DNA of 64,000 nucleotides from Candidatus Woesearchaeota archaeon (GCA_049700835.1 JBNAUL010000001.1:370043-434042), one strand, 5' to 3'. Counted from the first letter of the stretch, positions 29,642 to 40,756 are shown. The notes: a model not told the origin generated them from the letters alone. Translations and numbers: made by a program.

Positions 29642-31070
29642 AACAAAAAAGAGAACAATTAAATTTAGTAGGTTTGATATAAAACTTAAAATTATTTATA
29701 AATTTTTATTGTTTTTGATTTTTGTAGTTTTGTTCTTAAAAACTTATTCTCCTCATTTTAAAAATCCTTATCCAATACATGTTGATGAATGGCAGCACTT
29801 AGCACAAATAGTAGCAGCAGAAAAAGGAAAAATAAACTACAATCCTTATTTTGATGAGCCGCATACGGACTTAGAATTATTTTTTCATCTGTTTTGGGCA
29901 GCATTCTTTAAAATTTTTAAATTAAATGAAGTTTTGTTCTATTCATACTTGCCAGCAATATTTTCAGTTATAACAGGTTTAACGCTTTACTACTTGATGC
30001 TTAAAATAAGCAACAGAATTTCAGCAATATTCTCATTAATAATAATGTTAAGTTGGAAGAGCACTGTAAGCTTTTTAGGATTGAAGTATTTTACTCCTCT
30101 AACAATGTCCTTTCCATTAATTTACTTGAGCATTCTATTTTTCATAAAATTATTAGAAAAGAAAAATCTTAGAAACCTTGTTTTTTTTGCTATTTTATTT
30201 TTATTAACTATTTTAATATATCCTCCTTCTGGAATAATACTTGGTTATGGATTTCTTATTGAACTTTTAATTATGAAACAAAATGAGAAGGACAAATATT
30301 ATTTATTGTTAAAAAGGATTGCCTATCTTGGAATACTGATTGTAATATTAGGACTTATATTGCTATATAAGAAAAACTTGTTGGAAAGGTTATTTATATT
30401 CAAGATTGGTTGGAGTGGTTTTGAAACAAAGTATTCCATTGCTCTATTATTTGGGATTATAACAACAATGTTTGCGATTTTTGGAATAATAAAAAACATA
30501 GAAAAAGAAAAGTTTAGAATACTAATAATTCTAACTTTGCTTTCATTATTCTTAATCTTCTTATTCAACATGTTTGATTTTACAATAATAGTTCCTTATC
30601 AAAGAGCACTCCACTACTCAGTATTGTTTTTAACTCCATTAGCAGCAATAGGAATAAAAGAATTCCTAACAATAATTTCTAAAATCTCTAAAAAAACAAG
30701 CAACATTTTAAACCTTCTTTTAGCAGTTTTAATCATATTTTTAATATTAACTTCAAGATACAGCAAGGTTGAAAATCAAGAAACTTATGAATGGAAAGTT
30801 TTAAATAAAGAAATGTATGAAAAATTGAACGCAATAAAACAAAAATACCCTGAAAACAGCATAGTAGTAATGACTCCTATTTACAACACTCCTGCAATTT
30901 ATCCTGTTGCAAGGCAAAGAGCTCAAGCAATACTTCCAGCTCAATTAGGAGCAGGTTATGGACAAGATGAGAGAATAATCGATAACATAAAGTATTATGC
31001 AGAAAACACAACAAATAAAGAAAAGGAAGAAATATTAAAGAAATGGAATGTTGGGGTTGTTTTGGGTTAA
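29625..31070 (+). CDS. GT-C-like polytopic membrane glycosyltransferase
   Basis: YPIHVDEWQH acidic motif after TM1; more than 10 TM segments; soluble C-terminal tail. Confidence 0.6.
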   Translation: MSLMYKTKKRTIKFSRFDIKLKIIYKFLLFLIFVVLFLKTYSPHFKNPYPIHVDEWQHLAQIVAAEKGKINYNPYFDEPHTDLELFFHLFWAAFFKIFKLNEVLFYSYLPAIFSVITGLTLYYLMLKISNRISAIFSLIIMLSWKSTVSFLGLKYFTPLTMSFPLIYLSILFFIKLLEKKNLRNLVFFAILFLLTILIYPPSGIILGYGFLIELLIMKQNEKDKYYLLLKRIAYLGILIVILGLILLYKKNLLERLFIFKIGWSGFETKYSIALLFGIITTMFAIFGIIKNIEKEKFRILIILTLLSLFLIFLFNMFDFTIIVPYQRALHYSVLFLTPLAAIGIKEFLTIISKISKKTSNILNLLLAVLIIFLILTSRYSKVENQETYEWKVLNKEMYEKLNAIKQKYPENSIVVMTPIYNTPAIYPVARQRAQAILPAQLGAGYGQDERIIDNIKYYAENTTNKEKEEILKKWNVGVVLG

Positions 31071-31111
31071 AAAATAAAAAAATTAAAATATTACATGAAA
31101 TTTATTAAAAT

Positions 31112-32071
31112 ATGATGAAGTTTATGAAAATTTTAAAAGTTAATATTTATGCTAAATTTATTCTGATTTTAATAGTTATTCTTATTTTTAATAGAATAGC
31201 AGTATCAGAGTGCATAGCGCCATTTTCTGGTATGCACATAAAAAATAATACAGTTTTTTGCAATGACACTTATATTCTAAATGAAAGCATATTTTTAGAA
31301 GAGAATGCGAGCTTAGATTGCAATGGAGCAGTTCTTATAGGACCTGGAACATTTTATAATGGGGAATGGAATGGGATCGCTATCATAAACATTACTAATG
31401 TTAATAATCTTGTCGTAAAAAATTGTAAGATAACAAATGTTCCTTTTGGAATCAGAGCAATAAATCTTTCTAATGAAAATGGTAAAGTTTTGATTCAAAA
31501 TAATGAATTTTATAATGTCCAAGGTGCAATAGGATTTACTAAAACAAAATTGAGAGAACTAATAATTTATTCAAATAGCATAAATTCTGAATTAGCAGGA
31601 ATATTCTTGTATTCAGAAGAGATTTCAAATGTCGATATAAGACAAAATAAATTAATAACAGAGAACTGTAATTATTATAACGCAATTCAAACTACTAATA
31701 AAGCACGCATAAATAATAATTACATGCATAATCTATGCAAGGAAAATATTTCTGAAAATTCCACAGGCATTTTTGTTGGAAATGATGGCGTAGTTGATAA
31801 TAATACAATACAAAATTTTTATATAGGCATATGGCTTGATGGTGAGAATAATAATATTTATAAAAATAATATTATAAACTATAAAAAAGCAATATTTTTA
31901 AATGAAAAATACAAAAAGAGTAACTTGATAAAAAATAATAAACTTATAAAAAAGATAGGTATTAATAATTTATTTGTCGTAGTTATATTAGTTATTTTAT
32001 TTTTATTCTCATTATATTTTTTATTAATAAGAAAAAATAAATCTGTGAATCATAAGCATTTTAATATGTGA
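31112..32071 (+). CDS. Membrane-anchored parallel beta-helix (PbH1/NosD-like) surface protein
   Basis: Signal peptide, LDCNGA, Asn-ladder repeats, C-terminal TM. Confidence 0.75.
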   Translation: MMKFMKILKVNIYAKFILILIVILIFNRIAVSECIAPFSGMHIKNNTVFCNDTYILNESIFLEENASLDCNGAVLIGPGTFYNGEWNGIAIINITNVNNLVVKNCKITNVPFGIRAINLSNENGKVLIQNNEFYNVQGAIGFTKTKLRELIIYSNSINSELAGIFLYSEEISNVDIRQNKLITENCNYYNAIQTTNKARINNNYMHNLCKENISENSTGIFVGNDGVVDNNTIQNFYIGIWLDGENNNIYKNNIINYKKAIFLNEKYKKSNLIKNNKLIKKIGINNLFVVVILVILFLFSLYFLLIRKNKSVNHKHFNM

Positions 32072-32101
32072 TAAAAATATATCTTAAGATGTTTTAAATT
32101 T

Positions 32102-33544
32102 TTATTGTATTGTATGACGAATAAATAATTTTATATAAGTTGGCATTTTTTTAATATTAAAATAATATTTTATTTTTTCTATCATTTGAAATACTGGTTT
32201 TCTTGTAAATCTTAGCAGTTTCATTTCAATCTTTATTTTTAATAAGTGAAGTTGCAGTTCATTGAAATTTTCAGTATAATAAAAATTGGATTTCTCCTTT
32301 AACCAATCATTCTCGTTAATTATACCTTTCTTTAATGCAATATCATAAAGTTCAGTGCCGGGAAAAATTGTTCCTATGTGAACTGATAAGTAATCTGGTT
32401 TAATTTTTTTGAGTAGATCTACTGTTCTAATTATATCATTCAATTTTTCTTTAGGTAACCCTACGATAATATTTGCTTCTGTTAACAGACCTGCTTTTTT
32501 TGCATTTGAAAATGCTTTAATTATTTGTTTAACAGTAATTCCTTTTTTTATTTCTTTTAATATTTTATTAGACCCAGATTCTACCCCAAAACACACGATT
32601 TCACAACCAGCACTTTTCATTAATTTAAATGTTTCAATTTTTACATTTCTGTCAACCCTTGTTAGTGCCCACCATTTAATTTTGATTTTTTGATTTATTA
32701 ATCTTTTAGAAAGTTCTTCAATTCTTTGGTCCAAATTTAAAGTTTCATCTTCTATACATATTACTTTCGGATTAATTTCTTTTTTTATTCTTTTTAGTTC
32801 TTCTAATACAAATTCAATATCAAATTTATTATTTTTGTTTTCAAAAAATTTTGTTTTGCAATAGATGCAATTAAAAATGCAACCTCTAGAAGTTAAATAA
32901 GCAATCAATCTTCTTTTATAGTTAAAATGTGCAATCCTAAAATTTTCTTTGAATTCTTCTAAATCTAAAAAAGGCAAAGAAGATAAATTTTTTATTGGCT
33001 CTCTATACGAATAAAAAATTCTATTTCCATGTTTAAAAGCAATTCCTTTTATTTTTTTTATTTTTTTATAATCAACTTTTTTTGATTTACTTAATTCTTT
33101 CAAAAGTTCAACAATTGTTGATTCACCTTCTCCAAGCACTATAAAATCAATAGGATAATTTTCTAGCAGTTGTTTAAACATAAAAGTAGCATGACGGCCG
33201 CCTATTATTATTTTAATATTTTTTTTCTTTTTTTTTATTTTTTTTATTAGTTCAATTGCGCTGTTTCTATTGTCTGAATAAAAACTAATAAGAACAAATT
33301 TTGGTTTTTCTTTTCTTAATAAACTATCAATTGATATGTTTACAATATTAAAGTCATAAAATCTACATTTGAACCCGTGTTTCTTTATTGTGCTTACTAA
33401 TCGCAGCAAACCGGGTTGGAAGTAAATTCGATTATTTTCTTTTATGTTAAAAAATTCATTTTTTACATTGAGCAATAAAATCATATTAAAAAGAATTAAA
33501 ATTTTGTTTATAAATTTTTTTAAAATCTTAACAAAACTAATCAA
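32102..33544 (-). CDS. B12-binding radical SAM protein
   Basis: GGRHATF, GEGE, SRGCIFNCIYC, FGVESGS, FPGTELY. The start may be the internal MILLL. Confidence 0.9.
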   Translation of the reverse strand: MISFVKILKKFINKILILFNMILLLNVKNEFFNIKENNRIYFQPGLLRLVSTIKKHGFKCRFYDFNIVNISIDSLLRKEKPKFVLISFYSDNRNSAIELIKKIKKKKKNIKIIIGGRHATFMFKQLLENYPIDFIVLGEGESTIVELLKELSKSKKVDYKKIKKIKGIAFKHGNRIFYSYREPIKNLSSLPFLDLEEFKENFRIAHFNYKRRLIAYLTSRGCIFNCIYCKTKFFENKNNKFDIEFVLEELKRIKKEINPKVICIEDETLNLDQRIEELSKRLINQKIKIKWWALTRVDRNVKIETFKLMKSAGCEIVCFGVESGSNKILKEIKKGITVKQIIKAFSNAKKAGLLTEANIIVGLPKEKLNDIIRTVDLLKKIKPDYLSVHIGTIFPGTELYDIALKKGIINENDWLKEKSNFYYTENFNELQLHLLKIKIEMKLLRFTRKPVFQMIEKIKYYFNIKKMPTYIKLFIRHTIQ

Positions 33545-33607
33545 TTTTTATTTTATTATATCAAATACCAAAAAATTTATAAACTTAGAATTTAGTTTAT
33601 TATGTTT

Positions 33608-33718
33608 ATGATTAAAAATAACTTTTCAGAAGCGTTGGATAAATTTGAGAGATTTAAAATTAAAATTATCAGTTATTTTTTTAGGAAAATACCTCCTTTT
33701 TTTTCACCTAAACAGTAA
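33608..33718 (+). CDS. Possible 36 aa peptide
   Basis: MIKNNFSEALDKFERFKIKIISYFFRKIPPFFSPKQ, 24 nt after TATA TTTATAAA (33576-33583). Confidence 0.3.
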   Translation: MIKNNFSEALDKFERFKIKIISYFFRKIPPFFSPKQ

Positions 33719-33774
33719 TTAAACATGAACCAAACATAAATATTTAAAGATTGTTTTTTTAATCTTTATTTTCT

Positions 33775-34974
33775 ATGAGAATCATGTCAATAATAGGAAT
33801 AGGAAGAGTTGGCTTGCCATTAGCATTAATGCTTTCTGAAAAAGGCTTTAAGGTTTTTGGAATTGATACAAACAAAAATCATGTTAAAACAATTTCTAAA
33901 GGAATAATGCCTTTTATTGAAGAAGGTGCCGAAAGAATCTTAAAAAAACATATTAACAAAAATTTCTTTCCAACTACAAATTATAAATTTATAGAAGAAA
34001 GTAATGCAATAATAATCACTGTTGGAACTCCTATAACAAATAATAAAAAACCTGATTTTAAAGCATTAAATCAAAGCATTAAAAAAATAATTCCTTTGAT
34101 AAAAAAAGGGCAATTATTAATACTGAGAAGCACTGTTTCTCCTGGAACAACTGAAAGAATAAAAAAAATTATTGAGAGCAAAAAATCTTGGAAAGAAGGA
34201 AAGGACTTCTCTATAGCGTATTGCCCTGAAAGAATTTTAGAAGGAAAAGCTCTTAAAGAATTAAGAGAAATACCTCAAATAATTGGCGTTTTTAATGATA
34301 GAGCATTCGAGCTTTCAAAAGAAATTTTTGATTTTGCTCCAATTCATTTAAAAACAAACCCAAGGTCTGCTGAACTTGCAAAACTTTTCTCAAACATGTA
34401 TCGTTATATCTTATTTGCAATTCCTAATGAGTTCTTAAAAATAGCTAATTATTATAATGTTGATTTTTATGAAGTTAGAGATTTAGTTAATTTTGGTTAC
34501 AAGAGAGCAAACATTCCAATGCCTGGATTTACAGCAGGTCCTTGTTTGCAAAAGGATGGTTTTTTCTTAGTAACAAAAGAATTAAAGCCAAAGTTAATAT
34601 TGGCTGCTCATGAAGTTAATGAAAATTTACCAGAATATTTTGTTAATGAAATAGAGAAAAAACACAATTTTGATTTTAAGAATAAAAAAGCAGTGATTCT
34701 TGGAATGGCATTTAAAGCAAACATTGATGATGCTAGAAATTCATTGAGTTTTAAATTAAAAGAAATTTTAGAGAAAAAAAGAGCAAAAGTTTATTGCCAT
34801 GATCCTTACATAAAAGAATATAATGTAAATTTAAATAAAATTCTGAAAAATGCTGATGTTGTTTTTATAGCGCAGCCGCATGATTTATATAAAAAATTTA
34901 GTTTAAAGAGATTAAGAAATTTAACAAAAAAAGGATTTGTTTTGTGCGATGTTTGGAAGTGTTTAAAAAATTAA
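33775..34974 (+). CDS. Nucleotide-sugar dehydrogenase (UDP-ManNAc/UDP-GlcNAc dehydrogenase type)
   Basis: GIGRVGLP, VGTP, RSTVSPGTT, CPER, AELAK, GPCLQKD, FKANIDDARNS. Confidence 0.9.
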   Translation: MRIMSIIGIGRVGLPLALMLSEKGFKVFGIDTNKNHVKTISKGIMPFIEEGAERILKKHINKNFFPTTNYKFIEESNAIIITVGTPITNNKKPDFKALNQSIKKIIPLIKKGQLLILRSTVSPGTTERIKKIIESKKSWKEGKDFSIAYCPERILEGKALKELREIPQIIGVFNDRAFELSKEIFDFAPIHLKTNPRSAELAKLFSNMYRYILFAIPNEFLKIANYYNVDFYEVRDLVNFGYKRANIPMPGFTAGPCLQKDGFFLVTKELKPKLILAAHEVNENLPEYFVNEIEKKHNFDFKNKKAVILGMAFKANIDDARNSLSFKLKEILEKKRAKVYCHDPYIKEYNVNLNKILKNADVVFIAQPHDLYKKFSLKRLRNLTKKGFVLCDVWKCLKN

Positions 34975-35011
34975 TAAAAATAATAAAAACTTTTTTTATT
35001 TAATTCAGAAA

Positions 35012-36148
35012 ATGAAGTTAAATTATTTTTTATCTGATATTGTTTATATGTTTAAGTTATTTAAAAAGATTTTATTGTTAAAAATCAGCGAGAAAACTAA
35101 GTTTAGAACATTACCACTGAGTTTAGCAATTTCTTTAACTTATAAGTGCAATTCAAAATGCAAAACATGTGGTATATGGCAACTTAATAAAAATGAAAAA
35201 TTAAAAGAATTAACTAGAAAAGAATTAAAGAAATTATTAAATAGCTTAAATAAGGAAGTTTTATGGTTTACTTATACTGGAGGAGAACCATTTTTAAGAA
35301 AAGATTTTTCTGAAATATTAATTTATACTGCTAACCATAACACACCTTTAGTAATTAATATTGCAACCAATGGCTTAAGCAAAACTATTTATGAAACATT
35401 AAGAACGACTTTAGAACAGAGCAATAAAAAAACTAAGTTTATAATAAATTTTTCTTTAGACGAAATTGAGAGTGGTTATAAATTTATTAGGGGAATTAAC
35501 GGTTTTAACATTTTTTTAAAAAATTATAATGAAGTTTTAAAGCTAAAGAAAAAATATAGTAATTTTATTATTGGAATAAATATAACATTGTCAAAATACA
35601 ACATTGGAAAATTTAAGAAAATCTATAATTACATACTAAAAGAATTAAAACCAGATTCTTTGTTGGTTGAACCAGCAACGATAAGATTTTCTTTAAAAAA
35701 TAAGCATATGCTTTTTGGTGCAGAAATAGATGAGACTAAAAAAATTTTACGCTTTTTAATAAAAAAAGAAGAACACGCAATTAATGAGTTAAAAGGTTTT
35801 CCAAAATTAATAAGAATAATGAGATTAAATTTTTATTTTAAATGTTTAGCAACATTGGAAAATGAAAGGCATAAAAATTATTGTACGGCAGGAATAGGTT
35901 TTTCTGAGATATTGCCAAATGGTGATGTACTAATGTGTGGATTAAGAGGAGGTCCAATTGGTAATTTAAAGGAATTTAACTATGACTTTAAGAAATTATG
36001 GTTTAGTGATAGCGCTGTTTATAAAATAAAAAACTTTCATAGAAAAAATAAAAATTGTATTTTAGCTAATCCTAATTATGTTTCTTCATTATTAAACTTC
36101 AGAGATCTTTTAAACTCATTAAAAATATACTTATTTAATAAAAATTAG
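35012..36148 (+). CDS. Radical SAM protein with a SPASM/twitch-like C-terminus
   Basis: CNSKCKTC, TGGEPF, TNG, CTAG...PNGDVLMC. Confidence 0.88.
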   Translation: MKLNYFLSDIVYMFKLFKKILLLKISEKTKFRTLPLSLAISLTYKCNSKCKTCGIWQLNKNEKLKELTRKELKKLLNSLNKEVLWFTYTGGEPFLRKDFSEILIYTANHNTPLVINIATNGLSKTIYETLRTTLEQSNKKTKFIINFSLDEIESGYKFIRGINGFNIFLKNYNEVLKLKKKYSNFIIGINITLSKYNIGKFKKIYNYILKELKPDSLLVEPATIRFSLKNKHMLFGAEIDETKKILRFLIKKEEHAINELKGFPKLIRIMRLNFYFKCLATLENERHKNYCTAGIGFSEILPNGDVLMCGLRGGPIGNLKEFNYDFKKLWFSDSAVYKIKNFHRKNKNCILANPNYVSSLLNFRDLLNSLKIYLFNKN

Positions 36149-36152
36149 AGTT

Positions 36153-37205
36153 ATGTTTAAAATGGTAAATAAATTAAGATACTTAAAATATTTTTTAGTA
36201 ATAAACACTAAAAAGGTATTTGTAGGACCTTATGAAATTCAATTGAACATTATTAATAATTGCAATTTAAGATGTGATTTTTGTTGGTTATATTCAAAGT
36301 TCATAAAGAATAGTCTTGGAAATAACAGTCTTTGGAGAAGGAAATTTATGAATTTAGAGTTGGCATATAAAATACTAAAAGAAGCTGCTGTTATTAAAAC
36401 TAATAAAATTATAATACTTGGAGAAGGCGAACCTTTGCTTCATCCTAATATTAAAGAAATTGTGAATAAAATAAAATCGTTGAAAATGAAATGCGAATTA
36501 TTAACAAATGGCACTATGTTAAATTACAAAATTGATGATTTCTTAGTTAAAAAGTTAGATAGGTTAATTGTAAGTTTAAATGCTGCAACTGCTAAAAGTT
36601 ATGAGAAAATAACTGCTTCTAAACAATTTAAATATATCTTAAATAATTTAAAGATAATAAACAAGTTTAGAAAAAAATATAAATCAAAAATGAGGCTCGT
36701 TATAAGTTATATTTTATTTAAAGATAGTTTAAAAGAGGTAGATAAAATTATAAAAATTGCAAAGAAATTAGATGCAGAGATTTACTTTAGAGAATTTATT
36801 CCTGTAAAAGAAACCCAACATCTTGCTTGTAATTTAACTAAAAATCAAATTAACGAATGGATTAGTTTTAGTAAAAAGTTAAATGTAAAAACAAATTTGA
36901 AAGATTTTTTAATGCGCTCAAAAAATAAAAATTGTTTTGTAGAACAGTGTTATATGGGATTTCTAATGACAAGAATTAAAGTTGATGGTAAGGTTGTTCC
37001 TTGTTGTAATTGTTATTCCTGGATAATTGGTGATTTAAAAAAAGAAACATTACATAAAATATGGTTCTGCAATTATAAAAAATTTAGAAATTCTTTTAAT
37101 GATCTTAATTCAAGGAAACATAATAATTGTGATTGTAATTTTTGTCAAATGAAGAAATTTAATTACTACTTAAGCAAATTTGATTTTTTAAGAATTTTTA
37201 GTTGA
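36153..37205 (+). CDS. Radical SAM protein with a SPASM/twitch-like C-terminus
   Basis: CNLRCDFC, GEPLLHP, TNG, CYMG...DGKVVPCC...CDCNFC. Confidence 0.88.
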   Translation: MFKMVNKLRYLKYFLVINTKKVFVGPYEIQLNIINNCNLRCDFCWLYSKFIKNSLGNNSLWRRKFMNLELAYKILKEAAVIKTNKIIILGEGEPLLHPNIKEIVNKIKSLKMKCELLTNGTMLNYKIDDFLVKKLDRLIVSLNAATAKSYEKITASKQFKYILNNLKIINKFRKKYKSKMRLVISYILFKDSLKEVDKIIKIAKKLDAEIYFREFIPVKETQHLACNLTKNQINEWISFSKKLNVKTNLKDFLMRSKNKNCFVEQCYMGFLMTRIKVDGKVVPCCNCYSWIIGDLKKETLHKIWFCNYKKFRNSFNDLNSRKHNNCDCNFCQMKKFNYYLSKFDFLRIFS

Positions 37206-39164
37206 GTAGTAATAAAGCAAACCTAATAATAAAATTGCAATTATTAAGTTAGAATAAGGTATAAATGTTTTTTTGAATATTCTTTCCAATAGAATACTTT
37301 TCGGCCCTCTAGAGAAAAACAGTGGAAGGTAATATTCATATAATGGATTGCCAAAAGGTTTAAAATGTATTAAAGTATAACCGTAAGTGATTTTAAAGTT
37401 TCCAATTTCTTTATCAAAAAAAACCATTTGATCATTGGGCAGTGCTTGCATTCCTGAAAAATTTATTATTAAAGATATAAAAAGAATTACATAAAATAAT
37501 CTTTTATTTATTTTTTTAAATAACATTGGCATAAAACAAAACAGCAATGGCAGAGTTAGTGCTAAGTATCTTGGGCCAAAAGAGTCACCCCCCCACCAAT
37601 ATATTATACTTGCTGCAATAAAAATATTGAATAAAAATACTAATAGTGTTAATAGAAAAATTTTTTTGTCTTTTTTTCTTAAAAGAAAAATCGATAAAAA
37701 TCCTAAAAAAGAAATTGGGGAATAAAAAAATAAACCTCTAAAAGGATAAAATAGTAATCTAATTATTTTAGACAGTATTACTAAAATAAATATTAAAGGT
37801 GAAGGAGGAAGAAAAATTCTGTCAATTTTTAGTATTATGATGTTGTCATTTTTTTCAAAAGTTAGATTATATTTACATTTTAATACATCAATTGTTTTTC
37901 CTTCATATAAATATAAGAAACTACAATCCCCAAGATCTTTTTCCGAGATTTTATAAAAATCTTCTTTAAAATATATTAATGGCATTTTTGAGTTGATGAC
38001 TAGAAAATCATTTATTTTACAAGTGTAGCCTAAATTTGATCTTTTATAATCACAATATTTTATCCAATTATTTTTGTCATTGGAATAATAAATTTCGTAG
38101 AAATCATTTCCTTTATGCATTTTTATTAATTCATAATAACTTTTATTTACAGATTTATAATCAACTTTATTTAGAATTAAAATTTCTGTTTTATTATTTA
38201 TATAAGTTTCAAGTGTTGTCTTATCTTTAAGATTTGTTGATATTTCAGTGACCATTTCTCTTTGATCATCATAAATTATTTCCAAAGAATCTTTTGGCTT
38301 TTTAAATATGTAATCAAAAATATATATTCCTCTGCTATCACCAAAATGTACAATGGGCGTATAAAAACCTGCATATACGTTTGTTTCAGGATTATAACTT
38401 AGTATTCTAAGATTTCTTAAGATGATAAATTTTGTTGGAGAATAAAGAAAAAACAAAAATAAAAAAATGAATATTATTACCAAACTTTTAATTAATTCAG
38501 AATATTTTTTTTCTATGACGAAATATAAAATGAATGGTAAAACCAAAGGCAGAACGATAATATCGGTCCAAAATCCAAGACTTAGCATCATTCCAAATAG
38601 TAAATAATTGAACTTCTCTTTTTTGATTTTGTGTTTTAATATTTGATAAAAACTTGACAACAAAAAAAAAGCACCGATATTATGTCCCATAAAGAATGTT
38701 GCTTGCGAGAATGCAATAGAACCGCAACCATAGCTTAAAATTGTAATAAACTTAATCTTTTCATTTTTTGTATACAAGCTTAAAATTTTATAAAGCAAAA
38801 CCACTGTCAGAGCTGAAAATGGTATAGACGTTATTAATAAAAACAAGAAAACTAATAATGGGTTATACTCATTATTTGTTTGGATTTCCCAACCCAATTT
38901 TTTATTAAAAATTTCTTTGTAAAAAATATAAGCAGGAATGCTAATGAACGAAATTAAAGGCGCTTTATCACAATAAACATCCCCATTTATAATAATTTTG
39001 TCATTTGTTGTGTTTGCATATTTATTTATTTTTATTGAATTATCTTCTACTATTGCTCTTGTTAAATGGATTCTAACATTTTCATTTCCTCCTTTATAAT
39101 TTGAGAATAGAGCAAAGATTATATAAAAAATTATAAATATCGCAAATTCTTTTTTTACTTTCAT
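37188..39164 (-). CDS. GT-C-like polytopic membrane protein with a large extracellular insert
   Basis: GGNE after TM1, DKAP, RGLFFYSP, WWGGDSFGPRYL; many TM segments. Confidence 0.65.
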   Translation of the reverse strand: MKVKKEFAIFIIFYIIFALFSNYKGGNENVRIHLTRAIVEDNSIKINKYANTTNDKIIINGDVYCDKAPLISFISIPAYIFYKEIFNKKLGWEIQTNNEYNPLLVFLFLLITSIPFSALTVVLLYKILSLYTKNEKIKFITILSYGCGSIAFSQATFFMGHNIGAFFLLSSFYQILKHKIKKEKFNYLLFGMMLSLGFWTDIIVLPLVLPFILYFVIEKKYSELIKSLVIIFIFLFLFFLYSPTKFIILRNLRILSYNPETNVYAGFYTPIVHFGDSRGIYIFDYIFKKPKDSLEIIYDDQREMVTEISTNLKDKTTLETYINNKTEILILNKVDYKSVNKSYYELIKMHKGNDFYEIYYSNDKNNWIKYCDYKRSNLGYTCKINDFLVINSKMPLIYFKEDFYKISEKDLGDCSFLYLYEGKTIDVLKCKYNLTFEKNDNIIILKIDRIFLPPSPLIFILVILSKIIRLLFYPFRGLFFYSPISFLGFLSIFLLRKKDKKIFLLTLLVFLFNIFIAASIIYWWGGDSFGPRYLALTLPLLFCFMPMLFKKINKRLFYVILFISLIINFSGMQALPNDQMVFFDKEIGNFKITYGYTLIHFKPFGNPLYEYYLPLFFSRGPKSILLERIFKKTFIPYSNLIIAILLLGLLYYYSTKNS

Positions 39165-39218
39165 TTTATATACCTTTTTTTATTTAAGATTTTTAAAATA
39201 AAAATCTGATGAAAATGT

Positions 39219-40682
39219 TTATAAATATTTTTCTTTAATATAATATTTAATTTTTTCAACATTTCTTCCTATTAAAATAAAACCTGTACTTTCAATAATC
39301 ATAAGAATTTTTGCTTTAAAGCTTAACGAACTTGTTATAAATTTACAAAATAAATTAAAAAAGAATGAAAAAATATTTTTGCTTTCATTAAATAAACCCT
39401 CATTACTAAGTTGAAAGATAAATTCTTTATAAATATTTTTAAGTTTTTTTTCATTTAAATCATTGTATTTATAACGCGGCCAGTTCTCTAATTTTTTAAT
39501 ATTGTATTTATGGTAAAAATAACAATTAGTAATAAAATATTTTTTTATATCTGTCCCTGGTGATGGACCTAAAATAAAAGGGTCTACAACTATTTTTAAT
39601 TTACATTTATTTCTTAAAGTTTTAATTTTTTTAATCAAGAATTCGTTATTTTTAATTATATCTACAACTCTTTCATTTTTGTTTCCAGAATTCATTATAT
39701 AAAAAAGATGAATTTCGCTTTTTTCAATAAATTTTAAATTATTAAAAAATTTATTGAGATCTTTTTTGTTTAACTCGGTATGCATAAACTTATGAAATTC
39801 AGGAGTAATGCTTTGTAAACCAAATTTAATTTTTCTGAAATTTAATAAATTTAAATCCTTGCAGAATTTGATACTTCTAATTTGATCTGCTCTAAGCATG
39901 ATATTTAAATGTAGTTTTAATTTTTTTTTACATAGTAACTCTTTTAATTCTTTTAATCTGTTTCCTGAAATTACAAAATTATCATCTACTATGCTAATTT
40001 CATTATACTTTTTATCTTCCATAACTTTTAATTCTTCTATAAAGTTTTCTAAACTTCTAAATCTTATAGTTCTTTTATAAAAATTTTTTATAGCACAAAA
40101 TCTACAATCATGAAAGCATCCTCTAGATGAAATAATTATAGGAACTTTTTTTCTTAACAAAAATCTTGCAGGAAAGGGGAGTTTGTCTAGATTCTTAACG
40201 AATTTTGGATTATTTAAAAAAACTTTTTCATTTTTATAGTACGCCATTCCAGGAATTTTTTTATATTCTGGTTTATCTTTTTTAATTTCTTCTAAGAATG
40301 TTTGTAAAAATTCTTCTCCCTCTCCGACACAAATGAAATCTATTATGCTGTGAAAATTTTTCAGAATTTTTTCATAAAGAAAAGTAGGAAAGTAACCTCC
40401 AAGAATTGTTATAATTTTCTTATTAAATTCCTTTGTTTGCTTAAGAATCTCAAAAGCTGCTTTTTGTTGTTCAATCATACATGTAACCATAACAATGTCT
40501 GGATTAATTTTCTTTAACAAACACAAATAATCAAACTTACTTATATTTATAATATGTACTTTATATCCTAATTTCATTGCCACTGCTGCTAAATAAAGTG
40601 GGCCTAAACCAATTTTAGTTTCGAAAGTAGTTAGCGTGTCGCCATCAAAACGAAACAGCGGATTAACTATTAAAATTATCAT
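39219..40682 (-). CDS. B12-binding radical SAM protein (paralog of 28086)
   Basis: VNP...LGPLY, GGYFPTF, GEGE, SRGCFHDCRFC. Confidence 0.88.
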   Translation of the reverse strand: MIILIVNPLFRFDGDTLTTFETKIGLGPLYLAAVAMKLGYKVHIINISKFDYLCLLKKINPDIVMVTCMIEQQKAAFEILKQTKEFNKKIITILGGYFPTFLYEKILKNFHSIIDFICVGEGEEFLQTFLEEIKKDKPEYKKIPGMAYYKNEKVFLNNPKFVKNLDKLPFPARFLLRKKVPIIISSRGCFHDCRFCAIKNFYKRTIRFRSLENFIEELKVMEDKKYNEISIVDDNFVISGNRLKELKELLCKKKLKLHLNIMLRADQIRSIKFCKDLNLLNFRKIKFGLQSITPEFHKFMHTELNKKDLNKFFNNLKFIEKSEIHLFYIMNSGNKNERVVDIIKNNEFLIKKIKTLRNKCKLKIVVDPFILGPSPGTDIKKYFITNCYFYHKYNIKKLENWPRYKYNDLNEKKLKNIYKEFIFQLSNEGLFNESKNIFSFFFNLFCKFITSSLSFKAKILMIIESTGFILIGRNVEKIKYYIKEKYL

Positions 40683-40756
40683 TGCTTCACCAGCTTTTTA
40701 ACTTGCTGAATAAAAATTAGCAAATTGTATATAATATAAAAAGCTTTTTAAATAAA

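Noticed and set aside
35012..37205. RiPP biosynthetic cluster
   Set aside because: No PqqD/RRE, peptidase or exporter, and the context is sugar metabolism. Only the weak 33608 peptide is kept, as a low-interest finding.
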